Below are positions 39,312 through 47,687 of a DNA stretch of 64,000 bases, in pieces. Both the position numbers and the translations under genes were made by a program. Source of the stretch: Candidatus Uhrbacteria bacterium (GTDB lineage Bacteria > Patescibacteriota > Patescibacteriia > UBA9934 > GWF2-40-263); contig JBAXQK010000002.1 in NCBI GenBank assembly GCA_037131775.1, positions 23,472 to 87,471 on the forward strand. The letters are read 5' to 3'. Positions within the stretch are counted from its first letter, which is position 1, and every line of letters starts with the position of its first letter. The notes beneath the pieces are model-generated. The model saw only the letters and a list, made by a program, of their open reading frames with translations. It made no database searches and was not told the DNA's origin.

Positions 39312-39458
39312 GTGCTCCTTCGCTAGCCGGACGGGATGTCCTCGCTAGTCGATGGTTGCTTTTTCATGATGCCTCCGGATGAAATCGTTCGCCGAGGCTA
39401 TCACGATTTTGCGACTTTGTCAATCGCGCGTGCCAAAGAAAAAAGACGGCGAGTGCCG

Positions 39459-39818
39459 TCAGCGTGCCTTGTACTCGAGTTCAAGGCGCTCGATGCGCGC
39501 GCGGTACTTACCGGTCTCTTCCTCGGCCTCCTTGACCGCCGCGCGGATATCCTGACCATGCCACGAGGTCGGAGGGACGTCGACGCGTTCGTACGCAGCC
39601 GGCACGCGTGCGAGACCTCGAACCATGTCAGGCCCCTTCCATTCCGCCCGGAGGCGCAGTCACAACTCGTTTCCACTCAGCTCGACGACATGTCCGTAAA
39701 GATGGTCTCCATGAAGCTGCGCGATCCCGGTCCAGAAGTACGATGACTTCTTGGAAGCATCCGCACCGATGGGAAAATACCAACCGGGCGCAGGCGCGCC
39801 CTTGATCTCGAGTGGCAT
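39459..39818 (-). pseudogene. 120-codon orphan ORF with one in-frame TGA (39662-39660)
   Basis: Promoter TTGACG-17-TAGGTT, RBS GAAGGAG, MPLEIKGAPAPGWYF...GNEL*LRLRAEWKG...LELEYKAR*, final stop overlaps a terminator. Confidence 0.65.
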
Positions 39819-39929
39819 AACGTTCTCCTTCAGAACGCGTCGAACCTATCATTTTTTTATAAGGCCGTCAACCTTGCTGGGGGCCGGAGATTTTCACTAA
39901 GCCACTATGAAAAAAGACGGCGAATGCCG

Positions 39930-40523
39930 TCAGGGCGAGTCGGGCACGGAACGCTCGAGGGTGAATCGTCCGTGGTCGATGGCAAGGACCGTCGTGTCGG
40001 AGATCCGGATCCGTTCGGCCTTGTCCGCCATCTCGGTGCGGAGAGTCGTGACGAACGCGGCGTAGAGCGTGCGGATGCGATCGACGGTGAGATACTGGTA
40101 CATCATCTCGATCGTTGAGCGCGAAGCCTCGCAGATCTCGTCGTCGACTTCGGCCGGATCCGGCATCAGGTCGTATGCGAGCACGACCGGAACGGGATCA
40201 TCCACGATGTCACGGACCTCGTCCATTGCCTTGAGCCAGAGCGCGGCAAGCTGTCGGCACCGAAGGTCGGCCTGCTCTTCCGCGACACGCTGCCGACGAA
40301 GCGGCCGCGACACCCCTCCGACAATCGCGTCGATCAGCGGCTTTACGCCGCGTTCCGCAACGGTGACAGCGAGGAACCCTCCGAACATCAGCGCGATCTT
40401 TGCCCGGTCCTCGAGCGAAACCGGCTCGCGCTCCTGCTGCGCAACCAAGTCCTTCGCCACGCCCCGGGGAACATACCCCGCAAACCGCTCTCCCACTTTC
40501 GCCTTATCGAACGTCGCTCGCAT
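39930..40523 (-). CDS. hypothetical protein (197 aa)
   Basis: GAAGGAG RBS before MRATFDKAK; stop overlaps terminator tgacggcattcgccgtctttttt. Confidence 0.7.
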   Translation of the reverse strand: MRATFDKAKVGERFAGYVPRGVAKDLVAQQEREPVSLEDRAKIALMFGGFLAVTVAERGVKPLIDAIVGGVSRPLRRQRVAEEQADLRCRQLAALWLKAMDEVRDIVDDPVPVVLAYDLMPDPAEVDDEICEASRSTIEMMYQYLTVDRIRTLYAAFVTTLRTEMADKAERIRISDTTVLAIDHGRFTLERSVPDSP

Positions 40524-40546
40524 GTGTTCTCCTTCAGAACTCCCAC

Positions 40547-40588
40547 ACTGCATCATTTTTTGACAAAACCGTCAATCCACGGCATTAT
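40547..40588. promoter_or_regulatory. overlapping divergent promoters around TTGAC-N6-GTCAA
   Basis: Plus strand TTGACA(40560)-17-CATTAT, 7 nt before the topA ATG; minus strand TTGACG(40575-40570) with a weak -10. Confidence 0.5.
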
Positions 40589-40595
40589 CTGTCGC

Positions 40596-42878
40596 ATGCC
40601 ACACACACTTGTCATCGTCGAGTCTCCGACGAAAGCGAAAACGATTACGAAGTTTCTTGGGAAGGACTACAAGGTCCTTTCGTCTTTTGGTCACATCCGC
40701 GACCTTCCCGCGAGCAAGACGGGCGTCGACGTGAAGAACCATTTCGCGCCGACCTACGTCGTCCCCGACAAGGCGAAGGATCACGTGAAGGAACTAAAGA
40801 CGGCTGCGAAGGGGATGACGGACATTATCCTTGCGACGGACGAAGACAGAGAGGGAGAGGCCATCGCGTGGCACATTGCGGAAACGCTTGGGCTTGATCC
40901 CGAGACGGCGAAGCGGATTACGTTTCACGAGATCACGAAGACGGCGATCGACCATGCGATTTCCGCGCCACGGACGATCGACATGAACCTGGTGAACGCG
41001 CAGCAGACGCGGCGCATCCTGGACCGTCTCGTCGGCTACGAGCTGTCGCCGTTTCTCTGGGCGAAGGTCCGTCGCGGCCTGTCCGCAGGTCGCGTGCAGT
41101 CCGTCGCGCTGCGCCTCGTCGTCGAACGCGAGCGCGAGCGACTCGCCTTCAAGATCGACGAGTACTGGACGATCGACGGAGAATTTCAGAAGGACGGAGT
41201 CGCCTTCCCGGGCGCGCTATTTTCGATCGACGGGAAGAAGGTGGACAAGCTCGACGTGAAGACGGGCGATGACGCGGCGAAGATCGTCGCGACGCTTTCC
41301 GGGCAGAAGTTCGAGGTGACGAAGATCGAGACGAAGGAGGTTTCGAAGAACCCGCCCACCCCGTTCACCACCTCTTCCCTGCAGATCGAGGCAAACGGAC
41401 GGCTCGGGTTCGGCGCGAAGCAGACGATGACGCTGGCACAGAAGCTGTACGAGACGGGACGCATCACCTACATGCGTACCGACTCGGTAAACCTTGCGAA
41501 CGCGTTCCTCGACGAGACGCAGGCGTACGTCGCCTCCGAGTTCGGAAAGGCATACGCCGTCGGATCAAAAAAATACGCGACCAAGGCGAAGGACGCGCAA
41601 GAGGCGCACGAGGCAATCCGTCCGACCGACGTGACCGCGCATCCCGACTCGCTCAAGGGGACGCTCGAGTCCGGCATGTGGAAGCTGTACGACCTCATTT
41701 GGCGCCGAACCGTCGGCTCCCAGCTCCCGCCCGCGAAGGTGGAGCGCACGGCCGTCGACCTCGACGCCGCGAAGCACTCCTTCCGCGCCAACGGCAGCAT
41801 GGTGAAGTTTGATGGGTTCATGAAGGTGTATCACGCCTCGCAGGAGAAGATCCTCCCGACGCTCGCCGTCGGCAACGCGGTGGACGTCACGTCCGTCGTC
41901 CCGACCCAGCACTTCACCGAGCCGACCGCGCGGTATTCCGACGCGACGCTCGTGAAGGCCATGGAAGAGTTCGGCATCGGGCGTCCGTCGACCTACGCGC
42001 CGACGATCGCGACGATCGAGGCGCGGCAGTACGTCGAGCGCGACGACAACAAGAAGCTTTTCCCGACGGACACGGGAATGATCGTGAACGACGTGCTCGT
42101 GGAGCACTTCCCGAATGTCGTCGACTTCGGCTTCACCGCCACGATGGAGAACACGCTCGACGAGATCGCCGAGGGAAAAGTCGAATGGGTCCCAACGCTC
42201 GAGGCGTTCTACGGGCCGTTCCACTCGCTGATCGAGGAGAAGGTCACCGGCGTATCGCGCGAGGACATCATGAAGGAACGGATCCTCGGCGACGATCCGA
42301 AGACGGGAAAGCCCGTCATCGTCCGCTCCGGCCGCTTCGGCCCGTTTGCGCAGCTTGGCGAGTGGACGGCGGAGGATAAGAAGGCAAAGGTCCCGAAGCC
42401 GAAGAGCGCGTCGCTGCCGAAGGGCGCGAACATCGACACGGTGACGATGGAGGAAATTCTCCCGCTGTTCGAGATGCCGCGCGTGGTCGGAAAGACGGAG
42501 GCGGGCGAGGAAATCGTCGCGCACCTTGGACGCTTCGGCCCGTACCTCAAGACCGAGACGCTCACCGCATCGCTTCCTCCGGACTTTAACCCCGGAACGA
42601 TCTCGGAGACGGACGCGCGGTTCGTCCTCGCCAACAAGGAGGCGCTCAAGGCCAAGCAGATGGCCCCGATGGCCGACCTCGGCGCGGGCCCCGACGGCAA
42701 ACCCGTCGTCATCCGCAACGGCCGGTTCGGCCCGTACCTCACGGACGGGACCACGAACGTGTCCGTCCCAAAGAAGCTCGACCCGATGGAAATCACACTC
42801 GACGTGGCGCTCGCCATGCTCGAGAAGAAACGAACGTCGCCGCCGCGTGTCTTCCCAAAGAAAAAGTCGAAAACGTAG
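40596..42878 (+). CDS. topA: DNA topoisomerase I (type IA, C-terminal Topo-C repeats, no Zn fingers)
   Basis: LVIVESPTKAKTI, ATDEDREGEAIAW, SAGRVQS, ITYMRTDS, AQEAHEAIRPT, GIGRPSTY; three GRFGP repeats. Confidence 0.97.
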   Translation: MPHTLVIVESPTKAKTITKFLGKDYKVLSSFGHIRDLPASKTGVDVKNHFAPTYVVPDKAKDHVKELKTAAKGMTDIILATDEDREGEAIAWHIAETLGLDPETAKRITFHEITKTAIDHAISAPRTIDMNLVNAQQTRRILDRLVGYELSPFLWAKVRRGLSAGRVQSVALRLVVERERERLAFKIDEYWTIDGEFQKDGVAFPGALFSIDGKKVDKLDVKTGDDAAKIVATLSGQKFEVTKIETKEVSKNPPTPFTTSSLQIEANGRLGFGAKQTMTLAQKLYETGRITYMRTDSVNLANAFLDETQAYVASEFGKAYAVGSKKYATKAKDAQEAHEAIRPTDVTAHPDSLKGTLESGMWKLYDLIWRRTVGSQLPPAKVERTAVDLDAAKHSFRANGSMVKFDGFMKVYHASQEKILPTLAVGNAVDVTSVVPTQHFTEPTARYSDATLVKAMEEFGIGRPSTYAPTIATIEARQYVERDDNKKLFPTDTGMIVNDVLVEHFPNVVDFGFTATMENTLDEIAEGKVEWVPTLEAFYGPFHSLIEEKVTGVSREDIMKERILGDDPKTGKPVIVRSGRFGPFAQLGEWTAEDKKAKVPKPKSASLPKGANIDTVTMEEILPLFEMPRVVGKTEAGEEIVAHLGRFGPYLKTETLTASLPPDFNPGTISETDARFVLANKEALKAKQMAPMADLGAGPDGKPVVIRNGRFGPYLTDGTTNVSVPKKLDPMEITLDVALAMLEKKRTSPPRVFPKKKSKT

Positions 42879-42881
42879 CAA

Positions 42882-42907
42882 GAAAAGAACCCGATGGGGT
42901 TCTTTTC
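42882..42907. terminator. intrinsic terminator after topA
   Basis: gaaaagaaccc-gatg-gggttcttttc. Confidence 0.7.
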
Positions 42908-42937
42908 ATTTTCGACGATCTGTACTACTCTGGACGG

Positions 42938-44422
42938 ATGCCTGACAATGCGCGAACCTACGACGAGCTGACGCGGCTGATCGCGTCTACCTACGAGAAT
43001 CCCGACCTCGGGCTTGTTTCTCGCGCGTATGAGATGGCCGAGGGAGCACATCAGGGCATCATCCGGCTGACCGGCGACCCGTACATCGTTCACCCGCTGG
43101 CCGTGGCATACAAGCTGGCCGAGATGGGATCGAACCTGAACGTGGTCGCGGCAGGGCTCCTGCACGACGTCGTTGAGGACTCGGAGATCACTGTCGAGGA
43201 AGTGTCGGCCAAGTTCGGGGAAGACATCGCGTCGCTCGTCGATTCGCTCACCAAGCTGAAGAAGGTGAAGTACTCGGGGACGGACCGGTACGCGGAAAAC
43301 ATGCGCAAGATGTTTCTGGCGATGGCCAGCGACGTGCGCGTGGTGTTCATCAAGTTTGCGGACCGGCTGCACAACCTGAAGACGCTCTATGCCCAGCCGC
43401 GCCACAAGCAGGAACGCATCGCCAAGGAGTCGCTCGAAATCTACGCGCCGATCGCGGGACGCCTCGGCATGAGCGAGTTCAAGGGAGAGATCGAGGACCT
43501 GTGCTTCGAGTACCTGTACCCGCGCGACTACGAGCGCGTGCGCGACATGATCACGGCCAAGGTGCGCGAAAAGGGGGCGTACGTCTCACGCATCATCGAC
43601 CAGACCGAAAAGTTTCTCGCCGAGTTCAACATCGTGGACGCGGCGGTGCACGGCCGGGTCAAGCGCCTGTACAGCCTGTTCAAGAAGCTTGGAAAGTACG
43701 ACGACGACCTCTCGAAGGTCTACGACCTTATCGCCATCCGCGTCATCGTAAAGGACGTGGAGGAGTGCTACGGCGTGCTCGGGATCCTCCACCAGAAGTT
43801 CACGCCGATGCCGGGACGCATCAAGGACTACCTCGCCCAGCCGAAGCCGAACGGATACCAGAGTCTCCACACGACGGTGTTTACCGACGACGGCGAGATC
43901 GTCGAGTTCCAAATTCGCACGCAGGAAATGCACGAGCTTGCCGAGTTCGGCGTGGCCGCGCACTGGCGCTACAAGGAGGCCGGCATGTCCCCGCTCAAGA
44001 ACCTGTACTGGATGGAGGAGCTCGCCAAGATCCAGAAAGAGCTGTCCGGAAAGAAGGACTTCATGGAGCAGCTGGAGATCATGAAGATCGACGTATTCAA
44101 GGACCGCATCTTCGTGTTCACCCCGAACGGCGACGTCATCGACCTCCCCGAGGGCGCCTCCCCGGTCGATTTCGCCTACGCCATCCACACCGAGCTCGGC
44201 AACAAGTGCTCGGCCGCTCGCGTGAACGGCGTCATGCGCAACCTAGACACCGCGCTGCGCTCGAACGACGTCGTCGAGATCGTCACCGACAAGAACCGCC
44301 GCGGCCCGAACCCCGACTGGATCAAGTTCGTAAAGACGCACCACGCCAGGTCAAAAATAAAGGACGCGGCCAAATCGACCGTGTCCGGCTGGCTGAGGGG
44401 GATGATTTCAAGGAAAGCCTAG
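42938..44422 (+). CDS. RelA/SpoT homolog (HD hydrolase + synthetase + TGS, C-terminally truncated)
   Basis: PYIVHP, LHDVVED, DRLHN, RIKDY..PKPNGYQSLHT, EFQIRT, TGS VFTPNGDVIDLP..DFAYAIHT. Confidence 0.95.
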   Translation: MPDNARTYDELTRLIASTYENPDLGLVSRAYEMAEGAHQGIIRLTGDPYIVHPLAVAYKLAEMGSNLNVVAAGLLHDVVEDSEITVEEVSAKFGEDIASLVDSLTKLKKVKYSGTDRYAENMRKMFLAMASDVRVVFIKFADRLHNLKTLYAQPRHKQERIAKESLEIYAPIAGRLGMSEFKGEIEDLCFEYLYPRDYERVRDMITAKVREKGAYVSRIIDQTEKFLAEFNIVDAAVHGRVKRLYSLFKKLGKYDDDLSKVYDLIAIRVIVKDVEECYGVLGILHQKFTPMPGRIKDYLAQPKPNGYQSLHTTVFTDDGEIVEFQIRTQEMHELAEFGVAAHWRYKEAGMSPLKNLYWMEELAKIQKELSGKKDFMEQLEIMKIDVFKDRIFVFTPNGDVIDLPEGASPVDFAYAIHTELGNKCSAARVNGVMRNLDTALRSNDVVEIVTDKNRRGPNPDWIKFVKTHHARSKIKDAAKSTVSGWLRGMISRKA

Positions 44423-45294
44423 ACGTCGGACAGGCGACCGAGGAGCTCGAGGAGCTCCTCTTTCGAATAGAAGCTGATCGCGACGGTTCCCTTTCCGCCT
44501 TTCTCGGTGATCTCGACCTTCGTACCGAAGATTTCGCGGAGCCGATTTTCATGCGCCGCGACGTTCGGATCCTTCGTCGTCTTTACGCCGTCGATTTTCT
44601 TTCCTTTCGATCCGAGTCCGACGCGCTCTTCCATCTCGCGGACGGACATTCCGCCGTTCAGCATCTGCTGGAACAACGAGCGTCGACGAACGGGATCGGC
44701 TTCGGCGAGAAGCGTGCGAGCATGCGACTTCGTCAGCTTCCCGTCGCGCAGCGCATCGAGGACGTCGTCCGGAAGGTCGAGAAGCCTCAAGATATTTGCC
44801 ACGTTGCTGCGACTCTTTCCGACGCGCGCCGCGACCGCCTCCTGGGTCAATCCGAATTCGTCGACGAGCGCCTTATACGCGATCGCTTCTTCAACGGCGT
44901 TCAGGTCCTGGCGCTGGATGTTCTCAATGAGCGCGAGCTCAAGCTTCTGCTGCTCGCTTGCCTCGCGACAAATCGCCGGGATCGTCTTCAACCCAAGCGC
45001 CGAGCACGCGCGGAACCGTCGCTCGCCCGCGATCAGCTCGTAGCCGTTCGCCACGCGCGTGACCGTCACGGGCTGCATGATGCCATGTTCCTTGATCGAC
45101 GCGATCAGATCCTCGAGCTCGGCCGGCGAAAAGTGACTCCGCGGCTGGCGCGGGTTCGGGACGATCTGGTCGAGCGGGACGTCCAAGATCTCCCGTCGCG
45201 CCGATGGGATGATCTGCTCCGTCATCGTGCGCGGAGCCTGGCCGTTTGGAATGAGCGATCCGAGACCGCGGCCGAGAGCGGGTTTCATCATCAT
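44419..45294 (-). CDS. parB: chromosome partitioning protein ParB/Spo0J
   Basis: LGRGLGSLI, NPRQPR, IAGERRFRA, ALIENIQRQDLN, HTH VGKSRSNVANILRLL. Confidence 0.96.
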   Translation of the reverse strand: MMMKPALGRGLGSLIPNGQAPRTMTEQIIPSARREILDVPLDQIVPNPRQPRSHFSPAELEDLIASIKEHGIMQPVTVTRVANGYELIAGERRFRACSALGLKTIPAICREASEQQKLELALIENIQRQDLNAVEEAIAYKALVDEFGLTQEAVAARVGKSRSNVANILRLLDLPDDVLDALRDGKLTKSHARTLLAEADPVRRRSLFQQMLNGGMSVREMEERVGLGSKGKKIDGVKTTKDPNVAAHENRLREIFGTKVEITEKGGKGTVAISFYSKEELLELLGRLSDV

Positions 45295-46064
45295 ACGTTT
45301 CCTTCTTCGCGCAGAATGAATTCGCGTGCCAGCCGCTCGTACGCCTTCGCCGCCTTTGAGGACGGATCGTAACCGAGAATCGTCTTGCCGAACGACGGAG
45401 CCTCGGCGAGGCGGACGGAGCGCGGGATGACGGAGCGAAAAATCTTGTCCGGGAAATAGCGGTACAGCTCCTCGAGAACTTCCTGCGACAACCGCGTGCG
45501 CGAGTCGAACATCGTAATCACCGCGCCCATCACGTTCAGCTCCGGCTTCAGGTTTTCCTTGATTAGGTTCACGGTGTTCATCAGCTGGCCGAGCCCCTCG
45601 AGCGCGAAATATTCTGCCTGGACGGGGATGAGAACGGAGTCGGACGCGACGAGGCCGTTGATCGTGAGCAATCCGAGCGTCGGCGGGTTATCGATGAGGA
45701 TGTAATCGTAGTCGTTGCGGATCTCCAGCAGTGCCTTCCGAAGAAAGTGCTCGCGCTCCTCCACGTTAACAAGCTCGATCGCCGCGCCCGCGAGCGCCTG
45801 CGTCGCCGGGATGACCTTCAGCCCTTCGTGAGCCGTCGGATGAATCACGTCGCGCATGGACTTCTGCCCGATGATCCCCTCGTAGATCCCATGCTCCAAC
45901 TCCGCATGCGCGATCCCAAGCCCGGAAGTGGCGTTCGCCTGCGGGTCGAGGTCGATCACAAGGACAAACTTCCCCTGCTCCGCCAAATACGCGGCCAAAT
46001 TCAACGTCGTCGTGGTCTTTCCCACGCCTCCCTTCTGGTTAACGACGGATACGATGTGTGCCAT
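45291..46064 (-). CDS. parA: ParA/Soj ATPase
   Basis: NQKGGVGKTTT, DLDPQANATSGLG, PVQAEYFALEG, RLAEAPSFG. Confidence 0.96.
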   Translation of the reverse strand: MAHIVSVVNQKGGVGKTTTTLNLAAYLAEQGKFVLVIDLDPQANATSGLGIAHAELEHGIYEGIIGQKSMRDVIHPTAHEGLKVIPATQALAGAAIELVNVEEREHFLRKALLEIRNDYDYILIDNPPTLGLLTINGLVASDSVLIPVQAEYFALEGLGQLMNTVNLIKENLKPELNVMGAVITMFDSRTRLSQEVLEELYRYFPDKIFRSVIPRSVRLAEAPSFGKTILGYDPSSKAAKAYERLAREFILREEGNV

Positions 46065-46099
46065 AGAACGAATGCAGTATACCAAATGAAACCACAAAC

Positions 46100-46130
46100 A
46101 AAAAGATCCGTCGCGATGACGGATCTTTTT
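46100..46130 (-). terminator. intrinsic terminator after the tRNA cluster
   Basis: aaaaagatccgtc-gcgat-gacggatcttttt. Confidence 0.75.
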
Positions 46131-46206
46131 GGTTGCGGGGGTCGGATTTGAACCGACGACCTCCAGGTTATGAGCCTGGCGAGCTGCCTGGCTGCTCTAC
46201 CCCGCG
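46130..46206 (-). tRNA. initiator tRNA-fMet(CAT)
   Basis: cgcgggg...ccccgca-acca with C1:A72 mismatch; ccagg-ctCATaa-cctgg. Confidence 0.93.
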
Positions 46207-46256
46207 GCCTGCGTCCGTAAAGGCGCACGCCGCGAGCGATCAGTCTGAATCAGCTT

Positions 46257-46333
46257 TGGTAGCTGGGGGCGGAATCGAACCGCCGACCTAGGGCTTATGA
46301 GTCCCTCGCTCTAACCGACTGAGCTACCCAGCC
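46257..46333 (-). tRNA. tRNA-Met(CAT), probably elongator (Ile2 not excluded)
   Basis: ggctggg/cccagct acceptor, ctCATaa loop, GGTTCGATT, CCA. Confidence 0.9.
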
Positions 46334-46388
46334 TCGATGTGCCAGGATGATACCAGACACGGTGCCGCTTGGCAAGCATTTATCCTCC

Positions 46389-46474
46389 TGGTGGGCGAGG
46401 AGGGACTCGAACCCTCAAGCCCTTGCGGACACGGGATTTTGAGTCCCGCGCGTATACCATTCCGCCACTCGCCC
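46389..46474 (-). tRNA. tRNA-Leu(CAA)
   Basis: gggcgag/ctcgccc acceptor, cggga-ctCAAaa-tcccg, long variable arm, CCA. Confidence 0.96.
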
Positions 46475-46581
46475 ATTGGTCGCTTGCGGGAGAATGGTAG
46501 CAGAATGCCAGTGGAATGCCAAGTGCGACGATCTTCTTTTTATTGCCAAAATCCTCCCAATATGGCATAATTCCGGCAACT

Positions 46582-47046
46582 ATGACTTTGACAACGCACG
46601 CGACGCTCGGGGCGGTCATTGGCCACGCGGTTGGAAATCCGGTGGTTGCCTTCGTCCTTGGGTTCATTTCCCACTTCATGATCGACATGATCCCGCACGG
46701 CGACACCGGAATCTCGGACAACTTTCGCGTCCACAAGACGCGCCAAACCCAAGCCGTGGCCTACGTGGCCGTCGACGCCATCGTCGCGCTCCTCTTCGTT
46801 CTCCTCCTCGCCAACACCCGCGACATCGACCACGTCCGCACGTTTACCTGGGGCATTATCGGCAGCGTCCTCCCCGATTTGATCGTCGGCGTCTACGAAG
46901 TCACCAAGACCCCGCTGCTGCGATGGTTCAACACGATGCATTTCTACTTCCATGATTTCTTCGTAAAGAGGCGCGGAGAGGTTCCGCTGTATTATGCCTT
47001 GTTGGCGCAGGTGGTGTTGATTGCTTATTTGCAGACGAAGTTGTAA
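46582..47046 (+). CDS. membrane protein, putative metal-dependent hydrolase (YdjM-like His motifs)
   Basis: TTHA, SHFMIDMIPHGD, LPD, HFYFH with TM helices; promoter TTGCCA-17-CATAAT. Confidence 0.7.
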   Translation: MTLTTHATLGAVIGHAVGNPVVAFVLGFISHFMIDMIPHGDTGISDNFRVHKTRQTQAVAYVAVDAIVALLFVLLLANTRDIDHVRTFTWGIIGSVLPDLIVGVYEVTKTPLLRWFNTMHFYFHDFFVKRRGEVPLYYALLAQVVLIAYLQTKL

Positions 47047-47051
47047 TCGCG

Positions 47052-47080
47052 AAAAAAAGAACTCCGTAAGGAGTTTTTTT
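47052..47080. terminator. intrinsic terminator
   Basis: aaaaaaagaactcc-gtaa-ggagttttttt. Confidence 0.75.
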
Positions 47081-47317
47081 GTGGCTTGCCGCCACACCGC
47101 GTCACTTTCTTTCAGCCGTGAAAGAAAGTAACCAAAGAAACCGTCCGCCCGGTCTCCATGGCGGGCCGGGACGGAAAAGGCGGCCTCGGCTGCGGAACTC
47201 GCTAGTCCGCCAAGTAAAACAAAAAGAGCGGAACTTCGCTCAGACAATCCTCGCCCGTCCTGATGGACCCGGCCGCCTTTTCCGTCCCGTCTCCATCCGT
47301 CATTCCGACAGGGCGGG
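47081..47317 (-). ncRNA. structured ~235-nt non-coding element, copy A (ncRNA or MITE-like, family unknown)
   Basis: Perfect 19-bp stem 47167-47185/47271-47289; hairpin actttctttca/tgaaagaaagt; conserved blocks shared with copy B. Confidence 0.6.
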
Positions 47318-47371
47318 TTATCCGGGCGGTGTTGCGATGGTTATTTTTGGCTGAGGCCGTAATAACTTTCA

Positions 47372-47419
47372 ACGTTTCCCCTCCTCATAGGGAGGAGGGG
47401 TCAGGGGTGGCCGTCGCGC
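47372..47419 (+). repeat. 48-nt REP-like element, copy 2
   Basis: acgtttcccctcctcatagggaggaggggtcaggggtggccgtcgcgc. Confidence 0.9.
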
Positions 47420-47446
47420 CATAAACAAAAAACTTCCATCCGGTCG

Positions 47447-47674
47447 CCGCCCTGCCGGAGCGACCCAGCCAGGACGTGAAAAATTGGCGGGTGCATCAGC
47501 ACGGGCGAGGATTGTCTGAGCGTGCGAGCCCGTAGGCGAGAAGCGAGTTCCGCAGCCGAGCCAATTTTTCGCGTTCTGGCGTAGGAGCGGATGGCCGGGC
47601 GGAAGGCTCTCTTTGCCTACTTTCTCTGTCCGCCCCACAGAGAAAGTAGGTCGGGTGCAGGGCGAAGCGCCTGC
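47447..47674 (+). ncRNA. structured ~230-nt non-coding element, copy B (inverted relative to A)
   Basis: 21-bp stem 47468-47488/47560-47580 with two G-U pairs; tactttctctgt/acagagaaagta hairpin; cgggcgaggattgtctgagcg and agcgagttccgcagccgag identical to copy A. Confidence 0.6.
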
Positions 47675-47687
47675 GGAAAAAACATCC

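Noticed and set aside
39660-39662. Genetic code 25 (TGA=Gly) or selenocysteine at the in-frame TGA
   Set aside because: TGA terminates conserved genes here (ftsA, recO, map, scpA); no redox motif or recognisable SECIS
733-45372. Long antisense or off-frame ORFs (e.g. 733-1674, 2730-4451, 14442-16571, 18367-20133, 26155-27912, 34981-36927, 43501-45372)
   Set aside because: Arg-rich shadow frames of well-supported genes in high-GC DNA, with no motifs
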